Below, one piece after another: positions 46,844 through 58,284 of a DNA stretch of 64,000 bases. Each line of letters begins with the position of its first letter. The first letter of the stretch is position 1. The stretch lies in the NCBI GenBank assembly GCA_010093995.1, contig ML992528.1:1-64000 (forward strand). Reading direction: 5' to 3'. The position numbers and the translations under genes are program-made. Source of the DNA: Elsinoe ampelina. Taxonomy: Eukaryota. The notes beneath the pieces are model-generated. The model did no database searches. It had not been told where the DNA came from and worked only from the letters and a program-made list of their open reading frames with translations.

Positions 46844-47686
46844 ATGCCGGTCGAAAATGATATCAGCAAAGAGCGAGCAACCCCGAACACAAACCAAAAG
46901 AAGTTCCGCAAGCACAGATTTCACCATGCTGCCGCCCCATCACAAGTCGATATAGTCCTGTTCAGCAAGACAGAAGAGCGAAATATTCCTCCCCGATCCA
47001 TCAGCGTCGATGATCTTACCGCAAATTGGCATGTACTACCACCAGAAGTGCGGGACATGGTATTCACAGAGTACTTCGCCAGCATCAACCAGCTCTATCA
47101 CATACTGTCGACTCCATTCCCAAGTATTCTAAGGATATCTCAGGAATTCCGTCAACGAGGTCTCCTGGCATTCTTCAAGCAATCACGTTTCGTCGCTCTG
47201 CTCTTCCGCCATGACAACGAGAACGACAACTTCACCCTCCCGTGGCACCGAAAGCATGCCAGTCACTGGCTCAACCTACCAGAAGGTCCCTTTTATATGC
47301 AAGACCTCATCATCCGGGCTGTCGTATCTCGCTGCAACGGATGTTCGAACGAGAAGTTACAAGATGCTGATAGTCCACACTGCCATCAGCTGCACCAGAT
47401 TGCCATTCGTCTTTGCAGCCGCAAGAAGGATACCGAGCTGGATGAATACTGGAACCGACAGATCAAGGGCCCGAGGTTGGGTCAACCGGTCTACAATTCC
47501 TTCTTCCAACACAAACAGGCGACGATCTATCTCGGTCATCGTCATTTGGTCAAGAGGGATGTCCTAAGGACTGCGATCGTTAAGGTGGTGGAAGATTTGT
47601 TCGGAGACAAGCGCAGTATGGAGGTGCAGAAGGTATTGAGTGTGGGCATACCGGCTTCCACTTTTGGCCCGAGCATGTTCATATGA
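46844..47686 (+). CDS. Hypothetical protein with F-box-like motif (copy 1 of 4)
   Basis: 280-aa ORF with WHVLPPEVRDMVF and PSILRISQEFR. Confidence 0.6.
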   Translation: MPVENDISKERATPNTNQKKFRKHRFHHAAAPSQVDIVLFSKTEERNIPPRSISVDDLTANWHVLPPEVRDMVFTEYFASINQLYHILSTPFPSILRISQEFRQRGLLAFFKQSRFVALLFRHDNENDNFTLPWHRKHASHWLNLPEGPFYMQDLIIRAVVSRCNGCSNEKLQDADSPHCHQLHQIAIRLCSRKKDTELDEYWNRQIKGPRLGQPVYNSFFQHKQATIYLGHRHLVKRDVLRTAIVKVVEDLFGDKRSMEVQKVLSVGIPASTFGPSMFI

Positions 47687-48297
47687 GGTACCAGAGAGGG
47701 CTCGTGATTACGGTGTCAGAACATCTGGTAGTCGGCTCAGAAGACCACATCAGCAGGATCATAACGAATCTGGTGGAAATAGCACTGCTGATGGATCTGT
47801 GCGCATAGCACTGCCAGACGCCATACATACCTCTCAAGCCGTGCTACCTCTTGTTAATAATCTCAAACACCATCTTCACCGGTGACCTGTGCCCCATCTT
47901 GTCGTAAATGGGTCAACTTCCGCTCATTCCTGGCTTTCTCGGCGTACCAGCATCTATACCGTATTGGCACCTATCCTTCCCTTCCAACGAACATTCAGCT
48001 CCCGAGCAAAGGACGGCTCTTATCCTCACTTCGAGCTCCTTTGCCACACACAAACCGGAAATATCGTGACCAAGGGATCAGGCTGGGCTGTTTCTGGTAG
48101 TATCTTGAGAACGTCTGCACACCTGCAACTGTCTGGGAACACTGGCTTGAGATCGACCTACATAACACCATCGAAGCGAAGCTATTTCCCACTCAGAAGA
48201 TTCGCAACGATCCTTCGATCAGAAGATGGACCGACAGCGACACCGGAAGGAGGCGGGCGAGACGAGTCCAAAGTGAGCACCGTCCCGATTTCGAAAT

Positions 48298-49125
48298 ATG
48301 GTAATAGGATTGACTTCTATAGTATCAGAAAGCGCATCGATTTTTAATGGCTTTCGCTACACACCTCGACGCAGCCCTCATGGTCCATTCCGTTTCCCTT
48401 TCACCAAGCTGCCACCAGAGATCAGAGTAATGGTCTACAAGTTTTACTTTCGCTGGGAGCTTGTCTTGGTGCAGAAGCCCTCGGATTCGGCCCTGCTCCG
48501 AGCTAGTAGACTTCTCAGGCAGGAAGCACGGCCGTATTTCTTCAGCAATACCACCTTCGTCATCTACCCTCACCAAGACGAGCAACACAAATCGACCTTG
48601 ACATGGATGGAAAAGCATGAGGTGTATGCGAAGAAATGGTGGAAGACATGGTCAGCATGGAAGATCCCGACCAACCACATAGCTTTCAACGTGCGAGGAA
48701 TCGATCCGGACGAGTGTCCCATGGCATATCGACCGCATTGCCATAAGCCTCCAATGTTGGCTGAAGACGATCGTACGTTCCTCTACCTGCGGATGTCCCC
48801 GAAGCCCGTGCTCTATCATGGTAGTGGAACTTGCCCTATCTGCGAAGGTCTCTGCCATTGTCGGTGGCCAGACACATTTGATCTCGAGTTGTACAGTGCC
48901 AGGTTTCAGCAGCATGTCACCAAACATGTCGAAGCGATGAGGAAAGCAGACTCCGAAATTTCGAAGCTCTTTCGAAGGCCGATTACTGCAGCAAACATTC
49001 GAAAGGTTCGCCTACCAGAGAATGTCATGCGTTATGTCGCGCGAGCCGATTCAGCAGAAGACGCCATCATCGAGATCTGGGAAAGGGCAGTCGTGGAAGA
49101 CGTCAGAGGAGGGGCGCGCTCGTGA
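48298..49125 (+). CDS. Hypothetical protein with F-box-like/2EXR-like motif (copy 2 of 4)
   Basis: FPFTKLPPEIRVMVY and ALLRASRLLRQEA. The start is uncertain and an upstream exon is possible. Confidence 0.62.
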   Translation: MVIGLTSIVSESASIFNGFRYTPRRSPHGPFRFPFTKLPPEIRVMVYKFYFRWELVLVQKPSDSALLRASRLLRQEARPYFFSNTTFVIYPHQDEQHKSTLTWMEKHEVYAKKWWKTWSAWKIPTNHIAFNVRGIDPDECPMAYRPHCHKPPMLAEDDRTFLYLRMSPKPVLYHGSGTCPICEGLCHCRWPDTFDLELYSARFQQHVTKHVEAMRKADSEISKLFRRPITAANIRKVRLPENVMRYVARADSAEDAIIEIWERAVVEDVRGGARS

Positions 49126-49696
49126 GCCACGAGATGAGTGGCTGCGCAGGATCACCAGGGGAATGATGAGGTGTCCTAGAAGACTCTTGACATGAGACAT
49201 CCGGCAAATGTGCAAGATGATTCAACCGTTTTGGTGCCGCCAAATCTGTCTGCAAGCTGGAGGTACTTCGAGGTGCAAGGCGGTTTATGCAGTAGAAGGA
49301 GCTGCCTTTACGATGGCTGACAGTACAAGACGGGAGTCATGGTGATTTTGGCGCCGCCAAAATTGTCATTGAGCTGGCCGCGGCATCATCGTGGTCGCTG
49401 TGATGGAAGAGCAGCTGGGTCACAGCAAGTGATGGATCTACAATAGCGTCGAATACGAGATCGGTGGCCTCGAGTGGATTATGGTGCCTTCAAAATCGTC
49501 TCTGTGCAGTGCTTGGCTGGTTGCAGACTGTGTTGGGTCGCACATCACGTGATACGACGTCCGCTACCCGTCCCGAGGTGCTCTTCCCCCAATTAAATAC
49601 TGAACCTCTCTGACATGCAACCGCCTTCTGACTCCGATAATTCAACCAAGCGCAACAAATCATCGCGCAACATTGTGCACTGGGATTACGGGAGCC

Positions 49697-50707
49697 ATGA
49701 CGGGCCTCAATGGCTCGCCATTTGCCGATGGCAAACTTCCAATCGAGATTCGCCTAATGATACTGGAAGAAGTCATGAAACAACACGGACCCGTTCAAAT
49801 CTGCTTCAACAATGTCAGACTGCCACCAATATTGCACACTTGCAAACAGCTTCGCGACGATATTCTGGGATTTCTTCAGGTCAAGCTTCATGTTCTTGCT
49901 GCCCTGGATCTCGATCGTGATGCGATCAGCTCGGGCACAATGTCACCCCTCCTACCAGATGTATTGAAAACTACTTTCATGGACTCGCGAGCTCGCATCA
50001 GCAAATTCCACCTGGTTGTAGCTGAGCTGGACAAGTCTGGTGTCGCGAAAGGTATGCTTTGGACCAATCATTCACCAAGCCAATCCAATATCACCTTGTG
50101 GCCACCATTAGCCGCGCCACTCAAACTTTTCAAGGGAGGGGGGCCGCCGACGGATATCACATCTGGCAGGACGGCAGAGGCAGCAGGATCTTTTGAGAAA
50201 GGAAGCCCCCAACTTCTCCTGAGTCCGGGCTGGGGGAACTGGTACATGACCATGGATAGTTCTTCTGATCCCCCGACACCAGCAGCGGTACCTCGTCGCC
50301 CTAGCTGGCCCGTTTCCTTCTCTCGCCAGTGTGAGTTCGAAGTTATGATTGAAGCAATGTATCTCGCCATGCAGCGCGAGAGCGTTGGCCTCTCCGTCCA
50401 AGACTTCTCTCAACTGACCCCTCCGATGCCACTCTTCGTCAGAATTGGATGCACCCCCAAATGTCTCTGGTATCGTATCCACGGACACGAGTATCTTCAG
50501 GGCAGGATCAAGCAAGAGATCAGTGAGCAGCGCAAACTTCACGAGAATGATGGAGGGATCACGTCGAGGACCACGACAATCATGAAAAGAAACATCATGC
50601 GTGAGTTACAAGGAATACAGGGCTGCAGGTCACACAAGAAGCTTCACAGCCTGAAAGATCTGGACAAGATGCTGAAAGAGGAGCTTGAATTGGTTGAGAC
50701 GGCTTGA
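49697..50707 (+). CDS. Hypothetical protein with F-box-like motif (copy 3 of 4)
   Basis: First in-frame ATG at 49697; KLPIEIRLMIL and PPILHTCKQLRDDIL. Confidence 0.62.
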   Translation: MTGLNGSPFADGKLPIEIRLMILEEVMKQHGPVQICFNNVRLPPILHTCKQLRDDILGFLQVKLHVLAALDLDRDAISSGTMSPLLPDVLKTTFMDSRARISKFHLVVAELDKSGVAKGMLWTNHSPSQSNITLWPPLAAPLKLFKGGGPPTDITSGRTAEAAGSFEKGSPQLLLSPGWGNWYMTMDSSSDPPTPAAVPRRPSWPVSFSRQCEFEVMIEAMYLAMQRESVGLSVQDFSQLTPPMPLFVRIGCTPKCLWYRIHGHEYLQGRIKQEISEQRKLHENDGGITSRTTTIMKRNIMRELQGIQGCRSHKKLHSLKDLDKMLKEELELVETA

Positions 50708-51445
50708 TGGAGGACCAGCACCTGTGTGGTAGGACCTTGCAGGGAAATTAGCAAGGCTAGACATTGCTTGTACAGTATCGATCAGCCAACATCCGTAGCG
50801 TACATTGAATACGCCAGAGTCGTTTTGTTCTGACAGAGCAAGAGAATTCCTCATTGTTACTCTTTGTTCACATACGACTCATTGTGCAAATTTGTCATTG
50901 TTCGCGTTGGAACTTTTCCCATTCTCTATCACCGTATCCTATCAGACAAAGAAGGGAGGAAACACTGCATTGTCCATTGTCCATTGTCCATGGTCTGATG
51001 TCTCAGGCGGTTGAATCACATGGAGGCTGGACTCGCAGGTCTCGTGAGTCGAAACATGCAGGAGTATGAGCATCTTTTGCATCGATTCTCTTCTGAATGT
51101 ATACTGTTGACGACTGTGCGCGTCGAGGAACTCCACTGACGGCACCAGGTATCCCCTGTCCTCCAGCTTCCGAGCATTCCCGCTATGATAAACCACCAGC
51201 ATATCAGATTTTGCCGTGCATTCAATGAGAGACTCACGTTGTATTTGCACACATTCCCCTTTGTCGGTGGTCTGAGACACGCGTCAATGGAAGCCTTTTA
51301 TGTGAGACTCACAACACACGATGGTCTTCGCGGCATCTTCTATAAGAGTGTCACTTCGTCAGTCCTCTTCGCTCCTTCATCTGTCCATCTTCACCATCAC
51401 TCATCGACGTAGTACCTCCAGCTGGCCCTGGAAACCTCTACCACG

Positions 51446-52651
51446 ATGAGTGAACTCGCCCGTGAACTCGCCCCTTTCGACTTCGAGAAGTTGCCCTACG
51501 ATATCCGTGCTAAGATCTTGCAGGCAATCGTCACTGCTCAGGGACCTGTCTTCATGCACTTTGGCCGTGTTCATACTCCCTCGATCATGCGAGCTAACAA
51601 ACAGATCCGTGCCGAGATCCTGCATCACAGCAAAGTTGAGGTCCATCTTTTGACCGCCCTCTGTCCCGCCGTCCACGGTCAATCCAACCAGGAGTTCATG
51701 ACCACTGCGACCGAGACCTTCGCTCTGCAGATTCCGCCTATCCTCGTCAACTGGATTACACTCATCCCCGGCAACCAGGTGCGTATCTCCAAGCTCACGG
51801 TCGCAGCATGTCGTGTAGACAACGCAGGTAAGCCGACTCACATCATCGCACCCCGGGTCGGCGCAAGTCAGGTGATTCCCATCAACTACGCCCAGGTGAC
51901 GCGTCCTGACGCCTTCGCTGCCCTTGGAATCCACGCTACCCACAGGCTCTTCACGCTCCGCATCCAAGAATATCAGAACGGGTACAAGATGATCGTCGGC
52001 TCATCCGCAGCCGGGCAGTACGCCGAGATCATCTTCGGTGTCATCGACTCATTGCCCGATGGCAGCAAGATACTCCGCGACCCCACCGCGAGAGGGGTCG
52101 TTGGTTGGCCTGCGCCCTTTCGGTCTGCTGGGGGCGCCCCGCCCGTGCCACCCTTCACCTACGCTGAGCTCTGGAAGTACGTCCGCGAGATCTTGCACAC
52201 TATCCGTGACATGCCCAGGCAGAGAGAGATCACTCTCAAGCGCGGCCTGTCTATCGATGCTCTGCAGCGTATGCGTATCCCCGCGCCGATGCTGAAGATC
52301 TGCTTCGGATGCGACGCTCACACCATCTCACGCTTGCTGGCAGGCGAGACGAAGACGTTGGCTGAAATCGCCGAGGATGTCGTCAGAGCTCGTCGTGTGA
52401 ACAGGCCTTACAACAAGCAGGTCATGGACGTGTTCCGCGAGGATGTGTGGCAGGCGCTGCACGCGCGTGCGGTGGCGAACCCGTGCCATTTCAGGGTAGG
52501 TGCTGATGTCATGGTCGACTGCATGGAGTTGGCGAAGCGCTACTGGCAGCCGTTCGCTGATCGTACTGATCCGTGGTTCCAGCATACGGCGACGGAGATG
52601 GTTCTGCTGTGGAATGTTGATTGGACGGACTTTATCCGGGCGCATCCTTGA
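51446..52651 (+). CDS. Hypothetical protein with F-box-like motif (copy 4 of 4)
   Basis: 401-aa ORF with strong codon bias; FDFEKLPYDIRAKIL and PSIMRANKQIRAEIL. TATAAGA at 51341. Confidence 0.7.
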   Translation: MSELARELAPFDFEKLPYDIRAKILQAIVTAQGPVFMHFGRVHTPSIMRANKQIRAEILHHSKVEVHLLTALCPAVHGQSNQEFMTTATETFALQIPPILVNWITLIPGNQVRISKLTVAACRVDNAGKPTHIIAPRVGASQVIPINYAQVTRPDAFAALGIHATHRLFTLRIQEYQNGYKMIVGSSAAGQYAEIIFGVIDSLPDGSKILRDPTARGVVGWPAPFRSAGGAPPVPPFTYAELWKYVREILHTIRDMPRQREITLKRGLSIDALQRMRIPAPMLKICFGCDAHTISRLLAGETKTLAEIAEDVVRARRVNRPYNKQVMDVFREDVWQALHARAVANPCHFRVGADVMVDCMELAKRYWQPFADRTDPWFQHTATEMVLLWNVDWTDFIRAHP

Positions 52652-53249
52652 GGGGAGCGTCAGAGGTGAGTAGATCAGGAGAGGATACCAGGAGGTCGTG
52701 AGAGGTAAGTCAGCCATGAGGTGGCTTGAGTACGTAGCGTGCATGATGCAGATGGCTGCTGTGAAGGATGACAGCAGGACTGTGCATCGTTTCTTTTGAT
52801 CAGGAGTGCTACTCATCTACTTACTTGGCTGTCGAGCACCAGTATATACTACCAGAGCATTGATTATAGCCGAGAAAATAGACATCCTTGCTGACCAAAA
52901 TGTTAAGATGAAGGTGAAGTTGAGGACCCTGGCGGGTAATGTACAATCCCCCCGTGCGGATAGTGCACCAGCTGAGGTCGATTGATTGCCGTGCGAGTTT
53001 CGGCTCTGGACCATATACAGACTTCATGATAGAGTTTACCCCGCTCACGCTCAATGGTTCATGCTCCAGGTTCCATAAGTCGCGAATGCGGGGAGTCTAC
53101 CGTCCAAGTGAAACATGGCCCACTGCCCCAAGAGGACCGACGCAAATGCTGGGGAGCTCTGGTAGTATATCGTACATCATGGACTCCCTCGTCCGTCCCT
53201 CTGCTGATCTTCGACCTCTCCTCTTCCGTCACCACCAGTAACCCACGCC

Positions 53250-55047
53250 ATGGCACCCACTCCAGACCCCCCACTCTTCTTCGCAGAACTATCCAAACCA
53301 CACAACCCCCTCGTCCTCTACGCCCTCCCCATCACAGCAGCCCTATGTCTCCACCTAGCCTGCCACATCAAAGAACCCTACGGCCACCACGTCCTCATCG
53401 CCGCCGTCCTCTCCTTCACCACCACCACCTACGCCCTCCACCAAACCTGGCACCTGCCCCTCGCCCCCTCCCTCCACGCCACCACCCTCATGACTCTCGT
53501 CTTCCTCCTCACCCTCACCCTCTCCATCACCACCTACCGCCTCCTCCTCCACCCCCTCCGCCACATCCCCGGCCCCCTCTCCTGCAAACTCACAATGTGG
53601 TCCTGGCTCCCCTCCGACTGGACGGGGACTCGCGCGCGGCACATCCAAGCCATGCACCGACGCTACGGGGACATCGTGCGCATCGGTCCACGCGAGGTGT
53701 CGTGCGCCGACCCCGCCGCATTGTCCACCATCTATGGCCCCTCGGGCCCGGCGGCAAAGTGCATCCGGGGCCCGTGGTACACGGGGCAAAGCGAGCCGCA
53801 CGTGCATAGTCTCCAGAATGAGCCGACGCTGGCGGAGCATAACCGGCGGAGGAGGGATTGGGATGCTGCGTTTTCCGTGAGGGCGTTGGGGACTTACAAG
53901 GGGAATATTAGGAGGAATGCGGGGGGGTTGCTGGGGCAGATCGCTAGGCTTGCGGGGCAGGGTAAGGTCGATGTGAGAGAGTGTATGATGTGGTTTGGGT
54001 TTGATGTCATGGGGGAGTTGGGGTTTGGGAGGTCGTTCGGGACTGTCGAGGCTGGGAGGACGAGTGAGGAGGTGCATCTTGTTGAGTTGGGGGTGCGCGC
54101 GAGTGAGTTCTGCCAGGGTGTATCACCCGTCCCGTTGCTCTCTGTCGCTTCTTTTGGTCAACCTGGCACGTACTGTGAGTGTCCGACTGACGATCATAGT
54201 CAACACCCTCATCAACGTCCCGTACCTGTCGCACATCCTACGGTATCTACCCTCCCCGATCGCCCGCTTTGAATCATGGCTCGACACAGCTCTGGACTGG
54301 CGCATTTCACACCACGGCGAGAAGGACTTTGTCGATGCTGACGTGTTCGCTTTTCTGCTTGGCGAACAGGGCAAGCAGCGAAGAAAGTTGAACCGTCTGG
54401 AGCTTCGTCAGGATTGCATGCTCATGGTCGTCGCCGGCTCGGACACCACATCTAACGCGATGACGTTCGTGTTGTATGAGCTGGCGAGGCAGCCGGAGCT
54501 AGTGAGAAGGTTGCGGGAAGAGTTGGCTGAGTTGTTCCCTGGAAACCTGGAGAAGCCGGATGATTTCGAAATACTGAGGGATCAGGCGCATCTGTTGAAT
54601 GCGTGTATCAATGAGGCTTTGAGATTGTGGGCGCCCGTGCCGTCAGGGTTGCAGAGAACTACCACAACCCGGATGACTTTGCCTTCTGGCAGGGAAACGA
54701 TCGTGGTGCCTGCTGATACGGTGGTCTCGACGCATACATTGACAATGCACCTCGATGAGCGCAACTTCTCTAATCCGGAGCTGTACTTGCCAGACCGCTG
54801 GATCGAGCCAGAAAAGCAGCAGACGCACAATCCGAGAGCTTTGAGTCCGTTTGGGTATGGTGTCACGGGGTGTATCGGGAAGAATTTGGCCTTCATGGAG
54901 ATGCGATTGGTATTGGCGCAATTTGTGGCGAGGTTTGATATCGAGGTCGAAGAGGCAGATGCTAGGGCATTCGAGGCGAGCGTGAGGGACCAATTCGTTG
55001 TCGCCACTGGACCATTGCGGATGTCGATTAAGCCGCGGAAGAGCTGA
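53250..55047 (+). CDS. Cytochrome P450
   Basis: HPLRHIPGP, YGDIVRIGP, intron 54103-54199, AGSDTT (I helix), EALR, PDRW and heme motif FGYGVTGCIG. Confidence 0.92.
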
Positions 55048-55571
55048 GGTGAATCGTGTCGATCGAACTATATCAGGCTCTATAAGTGGATTTGCCGCAG
55101 TTGGTCGATAAATCGTATTAGAAAATCCCCGGTCGAGAATGCTATTAGCTGACTGTTTACTGTAGTATATACCTTCCCGTTTCTGCTTCGTCTCTACAAT
55201 CAATACATCTCACATGCTGTAGCGAACAAAGGAAACAAATTTTACTGTCTTTCATTGTCGGCTGCTTCTCAAGCGCAGGTCGCTGCTATCATGGGTATGC
55301 TGTCTAAATATGCTTTCACTCATCCTATCATGTCATGCTAATCTTCCTGATGGTCCTTCTTCCAGAGTCTCGGTGTGGCTGCCGGCTCGGTCTTCGAAAT
55401 CATGGTGATGTGTCCGCTTCATTGGATATCCCCGAGCTGGAGTTCCAGGGGTGCTGTCATCATACATCGTGCGTTCGTTTGTGAATCGTCGAGCGAGACT
55501 CGGAAGCACAATCGAAACGAGTCTCCTCAGTCGGCAGTCGGATCGACGTAACTTTCTTTTGTTAGTCGTGC

Positions 55572-57215
55572 TCAATCATCTCCATTACGAGGCTTGTACA
55601 TGATGGTTGTGAGGAACTGCGGGTTGTCAATAGCAGTCCTTTCAGTTCGAGAATACATAAAACTTACCCTGGTCTTGTATCTTGTCGTGGCACTCGTGGC
55701 AAGGACGCCATGCTTGATATTCGTGGTGGCCAAGTGGTTGAGTACTGTGTGATTGGGTTGAGCCAAGACACTTGCATCATCTTTGAGGGGAGTCTGAGCA
55801 TTAAGAACAGACTTGTTGAGAAAGAGAGGAAGAGAAGGAGGAGTAGGCTGAGAATCGGCTGCTGCTTTTGCGCGGTCCAGGTTGCGATCCTTGATTGAGT
55901 CCGGACTCGAGTCTGGTGTCTCCGACGGCCAGTGATCGAGGTCGAGAAGGTATTGCGGGATGTCGTTGGTATACTGCTTAGGTGAGGACTTGCGGACTGG
56001 TGGGGTCTTTGTTGGACGAGGAGATGCCCTGTTTGGGGTTTGTGATGGTGAAGGCGTGGCAACTTGCTTTGGAGCTGGTGATGATGTCTTGACTGGGGAC
56101 GCTGCTTCTGTCGTTTGCTTTGGACGGATGTCCATTGGTTTCGACGGAGCAGGTACTGCCACAGGCTTGGGCTGATGCCTTGCGACATCCTCGACGCTGA
56201 CCTCGATATAGTTGACAAGAATGTTACCATAGTCAACAGTGGTGGGCATATCGTGTGACGTCTGCATGTCGTTGTTGATGAGGAATTTGATGTGATAAAT
56301 GCCAGGCCTCAGCTGGAGGGTAAGGGACACGATATATGGTTCTCCAGGCCTATTATTGCTGCTGATCTGGTCAGTCTTGTTTGTACCTGCTGCCCATGCG
56401 ACCTACCTTGGGTGAAGACGGAACTTCTTATTCCAGTTTGCGAAGCTGCCAGTAACGTAGACCTTATCTCCCGGTTTGGCTCTCTTCCATTCCACTGTAT
56501 ATGGTGCTGTCGGTGCATTTGGATCTGGCTCTTCAAACTCGTATTCTTCGTCATCGTCCTCCTCATCTTGATTGCTGCTGACCACACTCGTTCTACGATT
56601 CACCAGCACTTCCGACTCGTTGTCGATGCCGTCCACGCGGGGTACATCAGGAACCTCAGTAGTTGGTGAGAGAATCGGAGAGCCGGGGGTGTAGTTCTCG
56701 TCGTCGATCGGGAGCGGTAGACGAGGCGGACGACTGTAGCTAGCGGACGGTAGATTGTACGCATCGCTTAAAGGAGCAGTGGGATCGAGGGGTGAGGGCT
56801 CAAAGACTGGTTCGGAATCATCGACTGGTTCGGTTGGTTTCTCTGCTGGTGATGCGGTCTGTATGTCTGCTGGCTTCTCTCGTTGGGCGCTTGACCTTGA
56901 AGCTGTGCGCTTCGGCTTGGATGAGTCGTTACCCATGGCCTTTTCGAGCTGGTCTTGTGGCTTCAGGTGAGGTGTCGCGACTGTTGCGCTACGATTCCTG
57001 GAATGTGAGGGTCTCGATTGAGTGGGTGAATTTGCTTGTACGCCCGTCGCGCTTTCTAGACTGGCAGACGGAGGTGCCGGTGTCGCCTTGGGAGTAGTTG
57101 TAGGCAGAGCATGAACACTTTCACGTCTTTTTGGTTCACGCCTGACTGGTAGGTCGTTTGACTTTTGATGCCCCGCTGGTGCTTGCTTCTGCGACGTTGA
57201 GGGGCTGTTGCCCAT
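55572..57215 (-). CDS. SNF1/AMPK beta subunit (Sip2/Gal83 family)
   Basis: MGNSPS myristoylation-type start, RPPRLPLPI, CBM KVYVTGSFANW..GIYHIKFL and AMPKBI PNHTVLNHLATTNIKHGVLATSATTRYK. Two introns. Confidence 0.92.
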
Positions 57216-57519
57216 TTTGACTCGCAATGAGACCCGCGCCAATCGCTTTCAGCGTCTTGCTAGCTTTGTGTCACCATCAAGAAAAAAACGGGTGTTCGGC
57301 ATTCCAGCGCCGCAGCAGTCGAGGGTTGATTGGACAAAGTTGACTGCCTGGCGCAAACTTGACACGGCTCACATGAGGGGTGAGAGTGCCAAGACCGACG
57401 ACGACCTTCGGATCGACACGCTATCGACACGAACTACAGCATCTCACACAACTACAGTGGCAACAGAAGTTTGAATCCTGAGCACGATGTAGGAACGTCT
57501 AGTCCGCTCGGCTTCGAAT

Positions 57520-58171
57520 ATGAATCAATATCTGGCACTAACGATCACGATTCTGTACTGGCTTCTTTTCCCCGTCTACTGGATTGTTTACTATATCATA
57601 CTGGCACTATTCGCTATAATCTTGTTCTTCGTGCATCCGATCTATTCTGTCATCCTTTTCTTGCTTCAGCCGGTCATCTTTGTTGGTGTATTCATCTCCC
57701 AACTGGCGTATTTGCCCATTGATATATTCAAGCGATTCGAGGTAGGTCGTGGCAAAGTTCGAGTCAGATCATGGCTGATCATTCCAGACACTCTACATCT
57801 ACCTTGGCGTCGGTGGTCTCGTGGGTCTGACCACGGGGCTATTCCTACATGGTCTCTTCAATTTCCTCGCAGGGACCCTGGGTCTGAAGCCTACGAAACC
57901 AATCAAAGGACCCACGGCAAGAGAACATCGAGAAGCACGCCGGAAAAAGGTTGAGAAGTCGGAGCCGAGCTCGACAGTACAGCCATTCCCACCAGCAGAG
58001 CCGATTATTCAGCGACCAGATACCAGATATGAGCCGGAAAAACCAGTGAAGCAGGACCGCATGCGACTATCTGCGCTGCCTAAACTCACTCTGCAGGGTC
58101 CGTCACCAGAAGGGAAGCGGTCACTATATGACCAAACCATGGACGAGGATGCAGATTCTGATATTTTGTGA
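57520..58171 (+). CDS. Hypothetical membrane protein
   Basis: Hydrophobic N-terminal exon, a GT-AG intron at ~57742-57788 joining RFE|TLYIYLGVGGLVG, and a hydrophilic tail. Confidence 0.65.
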
Positions 58172-58284
58172 TCATAATTCATACGAGGCAACCACCATCA
58201 TGCGTTATAAGCAATGTCCTGGACATGATAACAAGGTCCTTCTTACCCCAACGCCACGCTAAAATTCAAAGGGTTCTCCAGTAT

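Noticed and set aside
49210..49500. CRISPR-like interpretation of the spaced repeats
   Set aside because: Eukaryotic context, only three degenerate copies, long irregular spacers and no cas genes.
50968..50991. CATTGTC tandem repeat (about three copies)
   Set aside because: Trivial short tandem repeat with no further structure.
38124..55047. Secondary-metabolite cluster around the SDR and P450
   Set aside because: There is no PKS, NRPS or terpene synthase, and the tailoring-type genes are scattered among housekeeping genes.
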